Positions 23,220-34,699 of a stretch of DNA of 64,000 nucleotides are shown here, in pieces. The notes under the pieces are model-generated. The model saw nothing but the letters and a program-made list of their open reading frames with translations. It did not search any database and was not told the origin of the DNA. Every line of letters starts with the position of its first letter. Position 1 is the stretch's first letter. Origin of the DNA: Hyaloraphidium curvatum SAG 235-1 (Eukaryota; Fungi; Monoblepharomycota); assembly GCA_025558095.1 (NCBI GenBank), contig JAIVFI010000021.1, positions 558,001 to 622,000 of the forward strand, given 5' to 3'. Position numbers and translations under genes: made by a program.

Positions 23220-24074
23220 GGGGTGCCGGTCTGTGTATCGCGCGACTCCCGAACATCTCCCTTTGGCATCTGGCCCGGTTGGCAACTGAACTGCACATTC
23301 CACCGTTCTACCTCCTACGATGCCCTTGATACTGCTGAGGCGAGAGGAAGGTCAGGCAGTGCGAGTTGGCACGGAAATCAGAGCCCCCTTGTGCAGGGAC
23401 TTGTACAGGGCATGAGCCAGATGTGCCGATCGAAAACACGGGAAGAACGGCTCGAAACCCCCGAATGGGATTCAGGCCGCCGTATTGCACCTCAGAGATG
23501 TCCCTCCCTGGTCTCAGATGGGGCAATACGGTGTGGGGCGCACCGGATTCGGGGTCAGCCAAACGTCACACCGGACGAGATCGAGTTCACGCGCGGCACG
23601 AAGCAGGGGCTTCGTAGCGGGTGCCGCATCAGCCGATCTCCATCGCAGTGCAGACATCCGTAAAGGATTGGCAGGGCCGCGGCGCCGCAGGCTCGAAACC
23701 ACGGCGCGGAGCGGCGGCATCCCCGCGGGGACATTCGCTCGGCGTTTCCCAGCACATCGGCGCCTTCTCGCCGCACTGCGGCAGGCACGGCGCAGCAATT
23801 GCTTCCACAGTGATACCTCGCGGTACCACATGGTTCCAGCTCGGGGTGCGTTGTCCCGGCTTCGACGCTCCACTTCGGACTTCACCCCGCTCGTCCGGAA
23901 TAGAGATTGTTGCCATCCTGGCTCTATTTGCTCCGCTTCGAAAACTTTGCGTCCTCCACCTTGGCACGGAGCCGCCAGTGGCGCCCGTCCCTCGGACCCG
24001 TCCTCCGACATGGGTGGCCGACCCCTGCCCTGAGCCCATAGTTGCCGCGCCGCAGCTCCTTTCACATCTCCCAA

Positions 24075-24559
24075 AAGGTAGGAAGGGCCTTCGTTGATAT
24101 GGAACGACGACTCGTCGAGGGAGGCGAGGTCGGTTTCGTCGGCGCCCGCGACGGCCTCGTGGAAGGCGAGGTGCCGCTCCGGCTGGGCTGCGGCCTCCGA
24201 GCTCGTCACCCGCAGCCTCTTGCGCGTCACACCGTGTTCCTGCAGGATCTTTGAAACCCACTGCTGCGAGATGGCGACCCCGAACCGGTCCATGAAGGCC
24301 CTTGCCATGCCGGCCTGGCTTGCAGTCACCTTCGACACGGCAAACTCGGCCAGCCATCTAGTCCTATCTGTGGTGACTTTCCGGCCCGGCCTTTGCGCGT
24401 GGCCGGCGCGGGCCCTTGCTCGACCTTCTGGATCCGCCGGTACAGCGTGCTGCGGTCCACGCCAAAGAGATCGCAGATGGCGGGGACGTCGAGGAACTTG
24501 CGGCTCTTCAGTTGCCAAGCGACCTCGCGGCGGTCGACGAGCCGTCCAGCAGATCTCAT
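24075..24559 (-). mobile_element. IS630/Tc1-mariner-type transposase relic (frameshifted, truncated)
   Basis: HTH ICDLFGVDRSTLYRRIQK, frameshift near 24390, then RFGVAISQQWVSKILQEHGVTRKRL..LASLDESSFHIN (first catalytic Asp). Similarity is lost after GPSY. Confidence 0.8.
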
Positions 24560-24673
24560 GGCAACGGCGGGAACGGATATCTAGTCCGCAAGGTGCAATT
24601 GTTCAACTAGCCTTGTGGGGGGCGGACCAATCCCTTGGACCCGTGCCAGGGCCGGCGCACCCCCACACAAATA

Positions 24674-24716
24674 TCTCGACTTCCTGAGCTCGGAAATCGC
24701 TGGGAAAACGTCGCAA
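24674..24716 (+). repeat. Left copy of a ~43-bp direct repeat (weaker similarity over about 24610-24740)
   Basis: TCTCGACTTCCTGAGCTCGGAAATCGCTGGGAAAACGTCGCAA versus 29374-29415: 2 substitutions and 1 indel. Confidence 0.85.
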
Positions 24717-24995
24717 ACGATTGCGAGAGAGTGAAATGAAAGACGCAGGATGCATCCGGTGATTTCGAGTTCGGGTCTCTCGGCCCTTGTGGTACAATCG
24801 GCTAGTATCCTGCCCGGCTATCCACACGCTCCCGTGCTTCCTCCAAATGATTGCCTCGCGGTGCATGTATATCGACGCTTTTTTGATCTAGTCAATAGAT
24901 CGTTCGGCGGCGTCGTACTCGTCGGCCGTCGCCTTGTTGACACGTCATCCGATCGGACGCCCCGGAGAAACGAAACGCCATCCCCCTTTGCCGCG

Positions 24996-27900
24996 ATGGA
25001 CCTCGTCGCGGCGTTGACCGCATACGCGGCCGCAATCCGCTTCGACCCGGCTTTCGTCGTCGGAGGCCTCGCCGTGGTGCTGGAGAGCGGGCTGCTCCTC
25101 GGCTTCCGGTTCGGCCCCGCGCCGTCCCTCACGCTGAACATCGGCGGGCCGGGCGGCATCCGGGTCATCGCGCCCGACGAGGAGGTCCACGGCGTGTGTT
25201 ATCTTCAGCTGTGGTTCCCTGCCGACGAGGCGGGGCGGGATCTGTGGCAGCGCTGCCTCGCGGCGAGCGCCCGCAACGATGCCCCAACCGCGGTCACGCT
25301 CGACGGAGCGGCGCTGGAGGCACTATACGGCGGGCAAACCGAAAATACGGAGGCGCGGGAGGCGGCTTTCAAGTACGAGCGGGTCGTTCGGGAAGTCGGA
25401 CGCGTTCCGGACCTCAAGCTCGGCCTCGTCACGGGGCAGCAGAACCCGGTGGTCCTCGACCTCTGGGAAACGATCCTAATCTGGCTCATATGCGCTCTCT
25501 TTGGCGCCAAAGCCAAGAACCTTTCCCCCTACCCCAAGCATTCTTACGTGCGCCGTCCTGGGACGGATGTCGTTTTGGCGCTCGTCGCGGAGCGGGTGCG
25601 CTTTCTCGCCCTTTCCCCTCCGGGCTCCTACCGCCACCTTGGCGCGCCCGGCTTCCACGTCTTGGGACCCGCAGATCGATGGAAGCACCGTTCCGTGGAC
25701 CTTCTGCTGGCCATCTTCGTGCAAGGCGTTCTTGGAGATGTTTTCTCTGGGACTCCGTGGCCAAGGTTTTTGGACTGGTATCGCTCCCTCTCCCTCTCCG
25801 AGCTCATCGACGCGGACCGTGACGTCGGGCGCCACCTGGTCACCGAGACGGGTGCATCCATCCTCATCCATTTCGGCGAGTCTCGGTCCCCTTCCTTCTC
25901 GGTGCCGCCCAACGAGGCGCTTTCGGAGACGCGCGGGCACCTGGCAAGGTGCTACGATTTTTCCATCCGGCGTGTGGAACTTGATGGGGGCGGGGAGGTG
26001 GTTTTCCTGCAGATCGCCACGGTGCACGCTGGCTTTGGGTTCTATGGAACGGCTTTGCGCATGCGCGTCATTGACGTGTTAAGGAGGCTCGCCGATCTGC
26101 TCGAGCTCGTCGTCGCGGAAGAGGAGCGGCTGATGCACGAAGTGGGTTGGGACTTTCCAGCTAGGGGCGCGATCCTGACACCCCTTCCTACCCTTCCCTT
26201 CGTCCCACTCCACAACACAGGATGGACTCCAGCTCCGCTCCTACGCGCTCGCGGAGAGGCTTCTTGGCTTCGCGCAGCCGCTTCTCGGGCCGTACCGCGA
26301 GGCTATTTACGCGCTCGAGGTTGCGGCCGGGGAGCGCGGTTTGGAGCCGCCGCTGCACGAGCTCATCCCTCCCGTCGACCCCCGGAACTACGGGCCTGCG
26401 GATATTGACCTCCTGGTTGCAAACCTGAAGGAGAACCTGGAGAAGCTCGGAGTTGCGCGGCTGGACGAGGTCGCGGAGCTCAAGACGTGGTTCGGCCCGG
26501 ACGCGACTCTGGCGGACGTGGCAGGGGCGAAGCCGGCGCCAGGGACCGCAGCGGACGCCAGCACGGAGGCAGAGGTAGAGCTTGCTTCCGAGGATGAGCC
26601 GTTCGCCGGCGCGGACCGCTCGGACGTCAACGTCGTGCTGGCCCACGCCGCCCCCGACGCCGCTCCTGCGACCGATCCCGCTGGCGTGCAGCCTGGTGCT
26701 CCTGCGGCCCCGGAGAGCATCGAGGAGCGGCTCAGCTACATGCCGCCGGATCGGGGCAAGGATCTTTACCTGCGGCTCCACCAGGAGGCCGGGAGGCGGT
26801 ACCCGGCTTGCGTCGGACGGCGGGGCTTCGATGCGATGGACGAGGGGCGGAAAGCACTGATTCTGGCCGGCATTCTCGCCGAGTGGCGCGAGGAGGACGC
26901 CGAGGCTGCGTACCACCGCCTCGCGACCGGCGTGATGGAGAAGCTCGTCGAGGATGGGCTATTCGATCCGAAGATGGTCTCGCCAGAGGTCGTCCGCAAG
27001 CAGGCCACCTGGCTGTCGGCAATTCTGAGGACCCGGAAGCCGACGCCCGGGGCAACCAGGCCGATTGAGAAACTCTTCTTCACCTGCTGCGGACTCGTCG
27101 CCAGCAATGCTCTATGCGAGCATTCCGAAACGTTTGCGCCGTACCTGGTGCACCCCACGTGTTACGCTCCGAACGACGTCCACCAGGTCACTCCCATCTT
27201 GCTCACCGACAGGTGCAGCACGGGACCGCGCTTCGGATTCGATGCCATACCCTTCGAGTCCGCCGAGCCTGCCTTCCCTCCCGACACCGTCACCTTCCCG
27301 CGGGCCCCACTCCTTCCCACCGCGTTCGACTACTGCGCTTTGGAGCTGGAACGCGAAGGGCCTCGCCTCGTGAACCACCGCCAGCTAGCTCGCTTCGTGT
27401 CAAAGTCGCTCCTACGGCTCGTGGACCTCGCAGACCGTGCGCCAGCCGAGCTGCCTGCGCTCCGCGGCTGCGAGCTCGCCCAGGCCCGCGTGATCGTCGA
27501 CCTTTACGGGGAGGAGTTCATAAGGAAGATCGTTTCCTACCAGCAGGTCACCTTGGGCCCGGAGAAGGGCAAGCATATTTCCTTCGCACTGCTCGTCAAG
27601 CGGCAGCTCGATCTTGTGCTGGGACCTCCCGAGCTCACCCTGTTCGACGCGCGGATGGGATGCAATCTGTACTACTACCGGATCGGGCCGGTTGGGGCGG
27701 AAGGCATCGGGCAGCAGCTCGTGCCAGACTTGGAGTGGGAGGATTTCGGCACGGCCCTGGGCATCCGGCGCGCCGAGGCCAACGCCAAAAGGAAGCCGGA
27801 GAGAAAGTCCGACTTTTCGTGCGCTTGCCCACGCTGCCATGGCGGGCACAGGGGTGACGGAGGCCCGCGGTTGCGGGTCGGACAGCGCGAGCACCCGCTC

Positions 27901-28686
27901 TATCTTTCCGACGCCTCGACCATTGCGGCCCACACGCTGCAGGACGGCGAGTTCCACCTCCTCGTCCAGCGCGACGCTGCCGACGGGCCGCCTTCCGGGC
28001 CTCGTGCTCTCGACGTCGGGCCGCGCGAGGCGGCTGATCCGGTTTGCGATCTTGCCGCGATTGATGAGGCCCCAGCACCCGGACCCGTCCTCCTCTGCGA
28101 CAACTGCACCTGGAAGAACGAGTGCCGACACGCCACGCACGCCCTGTGGCTCGCGTTTTTCCGGAACACCGTCGTCAAGCGGATCAAGGTCGCGTTATCG
28201 GAGGCATCGCTCTGGATTCCCGCGCTGGTCCCGGCGAACACGGCGTTGAAGGAGCAGAAGCAGAAGCCGCGGGGGTTAGGCGGGCAGAAGGGTGGTCGCC
28301 AGAGGGTGCGGAGCGCAGCGGCGCCGATTGCCGTGGATCCGGTTCCCGGGGAGGGCGGTGACGCTTCGGACGGCGGTGCTTCGGACGGCGACGACGAAGG
28401 AGCGCCCGTGGCCAAGAGGCCGAAGCTCGACGGTGGCGTCGAGGAGCCGGTGGATGCGTCGGCGGAGGCGGAAGGGGAGCCGGCGAGTGCGGTGGCAGAG
28501 GCGGAGGTGGAGGATGGCGGCCCTGAACGGTTGTTCAGGCTCTTCCGCGACGAGCTCGAGCACCCTCGCTGCCGTGACCAGGGCTGGTCAAACTGCGTGT
28601 TCGAGGACGAGTATGACTCTTCCGACGAGGAGACCTGGGGCTGGGAAGACCCCGACTGGGAGGAAGGCGAATGGGTCGAGCTGTAG
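24996..28686 (+). CDS. Large orphan protein (~1200 aa): GIY-YIG-like N-domain, UDG-superfamily-like domain, Cys/His Zn motifs, NLS and acidic Trp-rich tail
   Basis: ORFs 24750..26408 and 26341..28686 are joined by phase-0 intron 26142-26220 (GTGGGT..CTGAC..CAG). Motifs CYLQLW, LYGGQTENTEARE, WETILIWLICALFGAKAKN, ILIHFG, ATVHAGFGFY, CACPRCH, CDNC..CRHATH, AKRPKL. The gene itself is well supported; the domain calls are by eye. Confidence 0.65.
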
Positions 28687-29373
28687 ATGGAGTGAAATCG
28701 AGGACATGGAACGCTGCGACGTCATCGTCTCCGATCCGATCCACCGACCACCTCCGGGACGCCGCGATATCCTCGCCAGACGTTTCGAAACCCTGCCAAC
28801 GTGATTGCCTCTACCATGCGGCGTAACTGTCCGCCTGGGCCTCGGCTTCCGGATCCGCAACGACGAGAATAGGGAGTTCGCCGGGTACGCGAGGCACGGG
28901 GTCTTCCGCGACGCCGGTGCGGTCGATGGCGACGTCGGCGTACAGGGGCTGTAGCGAACATCGCCAGTCCGGCGGCCCCGGGCCGCGGACCCCACCCCGC
29001 CCATGCCCACCGCTCGTCCGTCCCGCCTCCGTCCCGCGCCCCGCCCCGCCGAGCGCATGATCCATTGCCTTGCGGTGATTTTGCGGCCGTCGGGCGGGTC
29101 GGCGGACGCCCGAGGAGGGCGCGGGGGCGGGTGGATGTGTGCCGTTTTTCGCGCGCGCTCTGCCCTCACCCGCGCCAGACGGACCCCGCGGGCCGGAACA
29201 ATCGGGAGTGAGAAAATGCCGGATGCTTTTACGCCGATCGCACCGGATTGGCCTCTCCGGGTGCGCTCCCGGGTTGTCCGGCCGCTCCCGATGGTTTGCG
29301 GCGGGGATGCGGGGTTTGTTTTGCAAGCCCTTGGCAGACCAAGCCCTTAGCCTCGCCCCCCTCGCTCCCTCGC

Positions 29374-29415
29374 TCTTGACTTCCCGAGCTCGGAAATCGC
29401 TGGAAAACGTCGCAA
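29374..29415 (+). repeat. Right copy of the ~43-bp direct repeat, about 50 bp past the 3' end of tRNA-Trp
   Basis: TCTTGACTTCCCGAGCTCGGAAATCGCTGGAAAACGTCGCAA. Confidence 0.85.
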
Positions 29416-29462
29416 TGAAGCGCAGGAGTGGAGTGAAGTGTGCAAAATTTTTTGTGGTTTTG

Positions 29463-29535
29463 TGAGGACTGACGGATTTGAACCGCCGACCAATCGATCT
29501 GGAGTCGAACGCGCTGCCAACTGCGCCAAGCCCTC
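29463..29535 (-). tRNA. tRNA-Trp (CCA), intronless
   Basis: Minus strand GAGGGCT-TG-GCGCAGTTGGCAGCGC-G-TTCGA-CTCCAGA-TCGAT-TGGTC-GGCGG-TTCAAAT-CCGTC-AGTCCTC-A folds as a cloverleaf with one U:U pair at the top of the anticodon stem. TTTT pol III terminator at 29447-29444. Confidence 0.93.
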
Positions 29536-30290
29536 TTGAAGGGCATTCTATTACCCAGGGCATCGCGGGCGTGCGGTGTGAACAAATCTGATCTGACTTT
29601 CCTTTACCCGGACCGGGGCGTCGTGCAGGACCTCGTCGCCATGGTTCGTGCACGTGTGCATGGTATTGGATCGGCCCGAAGATACAAAGACCTAGAGCTT
29701 TGAGAGTTCTGTCAGGTATGTATTACGTCGAATGACGCTTGTAGAAGCGCACGGCATTCCGAAACTATCAGAGCGCGGTCGCACGAGCCGAAAGCGCGTA
29801 CACGTCTCCGTTGAAAACCGCGAGCCAATCCACCCGCGAGCTTAATTTTCAAAGTGCAGGCAACGATGTGGGCCAGGAGATCGGTGAGGGGGGTCTTTGT
29901 CCACCATAAATCCGTGGCATGCCCGTCATCCGCTTCCGAGTGCACGCTTTGGTGCCAAGTGGCAGCGATCGGGTCCTCGGGCGGCTAGTCGAATCCGACG
30001 TAGGTACAGCACTATCGGAACGAAGTTTATGCCCTTGCCATTTGTGAGATTCTTGAGATTCTCCGATGACAGCGATGGGAAAGCCTATGCTGCAAGAATG
30101 CATAAGCTTCTTATTCCCCACTGCAAGAATACATACAACACACTGACTGCAAGCCAGGTCCCAAAACGTGATACATGATGTGCTTGCTGGATTTGATTTG
30201 ATTCCACACTCCATCCTCCTTTTTCCATCTTGAACCGTTCCGTTTTCCGCCCTCGTCCTCCATTCGAACTGCATGTCACAACCAGTGGAT

Positions 30291-32700
30291 TTAGGTCGTG
30301 AAGTTGAGCCGCACACTCCCGGCGTCGTAGACGACATCAGCAACTGTGCTGGCAGACACCAGCAGCCACGGCCCAAGCAACGATTTGGCATACGTTGCAC
30401 TAGCCTTGCCTGCCGCATTTGTGGCGTTGGTCTGCAGCAGCTGACCCCAGGCATTGAACGCAATATCGAAACCTTGGAGAGCGGTCGTAGTGAAGGGATC
30501 CGTGAGCGTGGCTGTGAAAAGGGTGTTGGTCCCTCCTGTTGAGGCGCACGGGGGCAAGCTTGACGATCAAGGCTGCTGTGACGTTCGAAGGGCCGACGTC
30601 CTCGCCGCCGGTGAACTCGGCCAGCAGAGTGCCGTTCCCGCCCGGCTGCATGGGGGCGCGGTAGACGAGCGATGCGATCCCGGTGGCGCCCGTCACGTTA
30701 CTGCCGATCGGGGCGCCGTCGAGCGAAAAGGAGATCTGCCTGCCGGCTCCGACCCTGGTCCTGTTTGCGGCAAAAGACAAGGTAGCCGAGATTGTGGCGT
30801 CGCGGCCTTTGGTGCCAGTCACCGCGCTCATCGCAATTGACAAACGGGGACGGACGAAGGGCACCGATCCCGCCGCAGAGCTTCCGAGCGTTGAGCCGTC
30901 GCCTGCCCATGATACATTGATCGGCGTCGGCACAGCGGGGATCGTGTAGGAGAACGAGGCGAGGCCCAGGGAGTTGGTCGTTGCTGCAAGAGTGGCTGCC
31001 TGTCCCTGAGTGGCCAGCACGAGGCGCTTCGCGGCCACCGGTCTGCCCGCCGCATCCGTGAGTGTAGCGTTGATCGCGCCCTTGTCACCCGCTGGTACTC
31101 CGACAGGGAGTTGGAGCGAAATTGCGGTGACCTGGTACACCCGAAGGGTGCCGTTGCGGGAGGATGTGGTGCCGGTGGCCAACGTCGGCAACACAGGGAG
31201 GAGTTGTCCGGCCTTGAGGTCCACAGGGAGCTGCACAGAGCTCCGGGCAGAGCCGCAAGAGTCGGTGATAGATGTACCGGGAACGAGAACGTTGTTGACG
31301 TTGAATGTTACGGCGACACCGGCTGCGGGGGACCCATCGGGATTCAAAACGACCGCCGATATGCCTGCCCGCGTTCCTGCCACGACATTGGAGTCGGCGG
31401 CGGCAACAAAGGTCGGCATAGGGGCCGCACCTGGGCGTAAACGCGATTAGCACAACCAACAAAACGGTGCTTGAGGACGCCAACCGAAGACAAAGGAAGT
31501 TGGGGTCGGGGTGAACGTTGCACTCTGCGTCATCGTTTCCATCATCGCCTCTGTGAGCGTTTCGACGGTGGTTGTCGCTGCATAAGTCTGGAGAAAGCAG
31601 GTGTCGGCGTCTAAAGTGGACGGCGGGAACGATGCATACCATTGTGGCCGCTTCGGACGTCGTGAGAATTTCGGTCGTGCTGGTTTGCGGCGGTTGCCAG
31701 TTGATCGCAATAGAGTACGTGCTTGTGGTTCGACCGTCCGCGGCAATGACACTGACGTAGACCGTGTTGTCGCCGGCCCTGGGCAAGGAGATCGCAGTTG
31801 CAACGTTTGAGATAAGCGTCGTAAAAGGACCAGCAGGATCGTTGAATGTATAGCCAAGCATCGCGCCGACGTCAGTGGTCACAGCCTTGAGCAAGAGTTC
31901 CGAAGTCGGGCCCTGGTACGGGATAGGCCAGAATGTGTAATTGGTAAAGGCGGAGCCGTGAATGACAAACGGTGGCCGCAGAGACCCTTGGTCAAGCACG
32001 AGGTCCGAAAGCGTCGAATCCGAGCTGGGAGGGACGGTGCTGGTCGCGGCAAAGGTCTGGAGGGAGCAAACTTCAGTGCATAAACCGGACGACTGCAAAA
32101 ATGCACACCGTCGTGGCCGCTTCCAATGTCGTAGTCTCCGTCAATGTCTCCGTCACAGTCTCCGTCGTCGTTTTTGTGTCGGGGCAAGCAAAGTTAGTGC
32201 GATCGGGAGTGGGCCAAATGTTGGCTTACCGGAGAAGGGTTGAAGAGCTCTATATCATAGATTACTGGCCCCGAAACTGGATTCAATATGATCCAGATCT
32301 TGTTGTTGCCATAGACCATAGGCACATCTTTCCCAGAACCTGAACTTAACGCCTCGCGGGTGCGGTCTCCATCGGTGGAGTAGAACAGTGTCCCTGACGG
32401 AGTACGGCGAAAAGAAGCTGTGGCAACGTGAGCGCCGAAGCCGGGTCAACAGCCGGATCAAGGGGGCCCAGAGCAGAAACTCCTGCGGCAGCCGTGGGAG
32501 AACGGCGCCTACGATCTCGCGGAGAAGATCGTGAGCACTTGGCTCCAGAAAGCTCCCCTCCGCCCCTCAGGAAGGAGAGCCGCGAACTGATTTCGCCTCG
32601 ACGAAGAACCCCTACACCTTCGGTAAGCAATGGCATGGGCGTGAAGGAGCAACGTCGCTTACCTCGACGAAGGTAACGAGAGCGACGACTCGCCCCGCGG
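30291..32700 (-). CDS. Surface/secreted protein with cadherin-like beta-sandwich and bacterial Ig-like (Big) domains and Thr-rich linkers; apparent frameshift near the 3' end
   Basis: SSDSTLSDLVLDQGSLRPPF..TNYT..ISLPRAGDNTVYVSVIAADGRTTSTYSIAINW; repeated I[N/S]ATL..V..K/R..F..G..T.S/T.G.A units. GT-AG introns. The frame changes at about 30540 with no room for an intron. The 5' end is uncertain. Confidence 0.65.
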
Positions 32701-33239
32701 CGCTCAAGAGCCGTGTTTAAGCGGGGTCAGGGAGTTCGAAGGCGGGAGGGGGGAAAGAAGACGAAGCAGCCACCGCGCTCCTCGTGCTCCTGGGAAGGAA
32801 ATAGTCTTCTCCGCAAATGCCGACTTCATTCGTTGCCCATGTTGTCTCTCCATGCCCTGGCGACGCGGCTGAGCGAGCCCCAAGCCGGGGACGAGGTTCA
32901 AGAAACGCTGTCCGCGCCCCGAAGACGTGCTTCCCCCGCCTCCGCAGCCACCGCGGGGCAGAAAAGCACCGCCATAACATAAAGACGCGTGCTGGAACGT
33001 CTGCAGCGGCCCACGAGACGGTGGAGCGCTGTTCCCGGCGTCGAAGCACCTGGGCCGCGCGAGCGTCTCCCCCGGGCCCCCGGCGCCGTATCCGAGGCCG
33101 CCCACGGCATGGAAAATTCGCAAATAATTCCCTGCGACGGCCTGCACCATCGGCGAGGCCGGGGGAGCACTACAGCAAACAGGTCGGTTGCGAGTGCACT
33201 ATACAGCAGATAGCATGACACGCTCCTGGGGCCGAAAAA

Positions 33240-34038
33240 AGCACCCCCTTACTCCCATACAATGCGAGCCGACACCGTTCCGCTCGTAGCTGGACCGTGC
33301 AGTTTGACCGTGCAGGCTTCTTCCTTAGCTGGGCCAAATGCAGTCAGAGCCAAAGGACGCTCGGTCCTTCCAAACCACCGCCGCGCAACGGATTGCTCCT
33401 GCACCACTTCGTCCACTACCAAAGAGCGATGTTGCAGTACACACCGGCGGGCATAGCCTGCCAAGAGTTTGAGCCGAATTGAGTCGCCGCTGGCCCCTTG
33501 ATGGCGCCCATTGGAGGCACTGGGGTGGTTCAGACAGGCAGGCCGAGGAGGGGCCGTTTCGGAACCTGGCCGATGCTCTCGTAACTGGGCCCTGCTGGGC
33601 GACATCTTCGACCGCAAAACAGAAGTGGCGATATATCAGAGTCATTTCGTGCGCGCGATCGGGTACCTCGGCCAGGATTCGCTTTGAGCTTGGGGAGATG
33701 CGTCCCGACTCCAGCCATTCGGTGACTGTGCGCGCCCCGAAGAGACCGGCGCAAGTCGCCAAGAGGCTGCAAAATGGGGTCGGCATGGGTCATTTGCGAC
33801 ATTTCCATGCTTAAATAGGCCCTTGCGACGGCCGTGCGCGGACTTGCGGAAGCGCGCAACGCGTCGCACAAACGGAGAGGGCTGGTTCGGGGAACCTGTG
33901 TCAACAAGGCAGGCCGGCGGCGGTTGCCCGCGTTCCTGGAATGTGGTTTTGTGGGGTCATCACAAGCATTTGCGGTTTTTAGCGCCCCCCTGGGCGCGCT
34001 GGGGTCGGTTTGGCGTAGGGGGGTTTTGACTCGGTCGG
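33240..34038 (+). repeat. Long direct repeat A (~800 bp), copy 1
   Basis: Highly similar to 39754-40540, e.g. CGAGCCGACACCGTTCCGCTCGTAGCTGGACCGTGCAGTTTGACC... through GGGTTTTGACT. Confidence 0.9.
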
Positions 34039-34699
34039 ACTTCCACCCGCTCAAACGTCGCGAAACGGCCGGCTCTGAACGGGGCTCTCCGCCCCGCGCG
34101 CCATCGCAGCCTCCGAGAACACGGCCCGGCAGTCACATTTCGCGCTCATCTGTCGCGCACGACTCGTTTTGGCGCCGTAGTTTGGCGGCCCGCCCTGCGG
34201 CCCCGGCCGCCGCGCCAGCGCCCGTGGCGGGCAGCGGAGGGGAAAACCAGACGACACTGCGTGAAAAGAGCTCGCAATGGACGGTGCAGGGGACGGCGCC
34301 GGCCGTCCCGCGGCCGGTTCGCGGGCGGTTCGCCGCGCGGCCCGTCGGGCGCCGCGAGCGGGCCAGGTCTCTTCCGCGCCGCCGCTCTGGGCACCAGCTG
34401 CCGGCAGCAACGCAACCGAATGTGCGTGATTCGAGAACGATTGCTCTGTGGCCGGTCGTCTGAGGCGCTTGCTCGGTTCCCGCAGCTGTCATTGACCTGA
34501 CTGGGAACGCTCACGCCGTCGATGCTGTTTGTAGCCCCGCCTGCTCCGCGCGGAGAGCGGTATGCTGACCATGCCCTTTAGCAGCCCGCAGCGGTGCTGC
34601 CGTCGAGCGCTGCGGTCCCGCGCGCCGGCAGCAGGTCGGCTCCTACGGTGCGAAATCCGGGCGTGACGTCGACGTCAGCTCGATCTGAAATTCCTCGCC

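Noticed and set aside
23210-24609. TAGTTGAA...TTCAACTA as terminal inverted repeats of the IS630 relic, and RDNAP as its second catalytic Asp
   Set aside because: Only 8 bp match, and the intervening translation does not resemble a transposase core; both could be chance.
29463-29535. tRNA-Trp as a pseudogene or SINE head because of a U:U pair in the anticodon stem
   Set aside because: All other stems, the A/B boxes and the terminator are intact, and a mismatch at the top of the anticodon stem is tolerated in real tRNAs.
33240-34038. Hammerhead ribozyme or protein-coding gene within repeat A
   Set aside because: No CTGAnGA...GAAA core found in a workable arrangement. The ORFs in the two copies are broken by different frameshifting indels.
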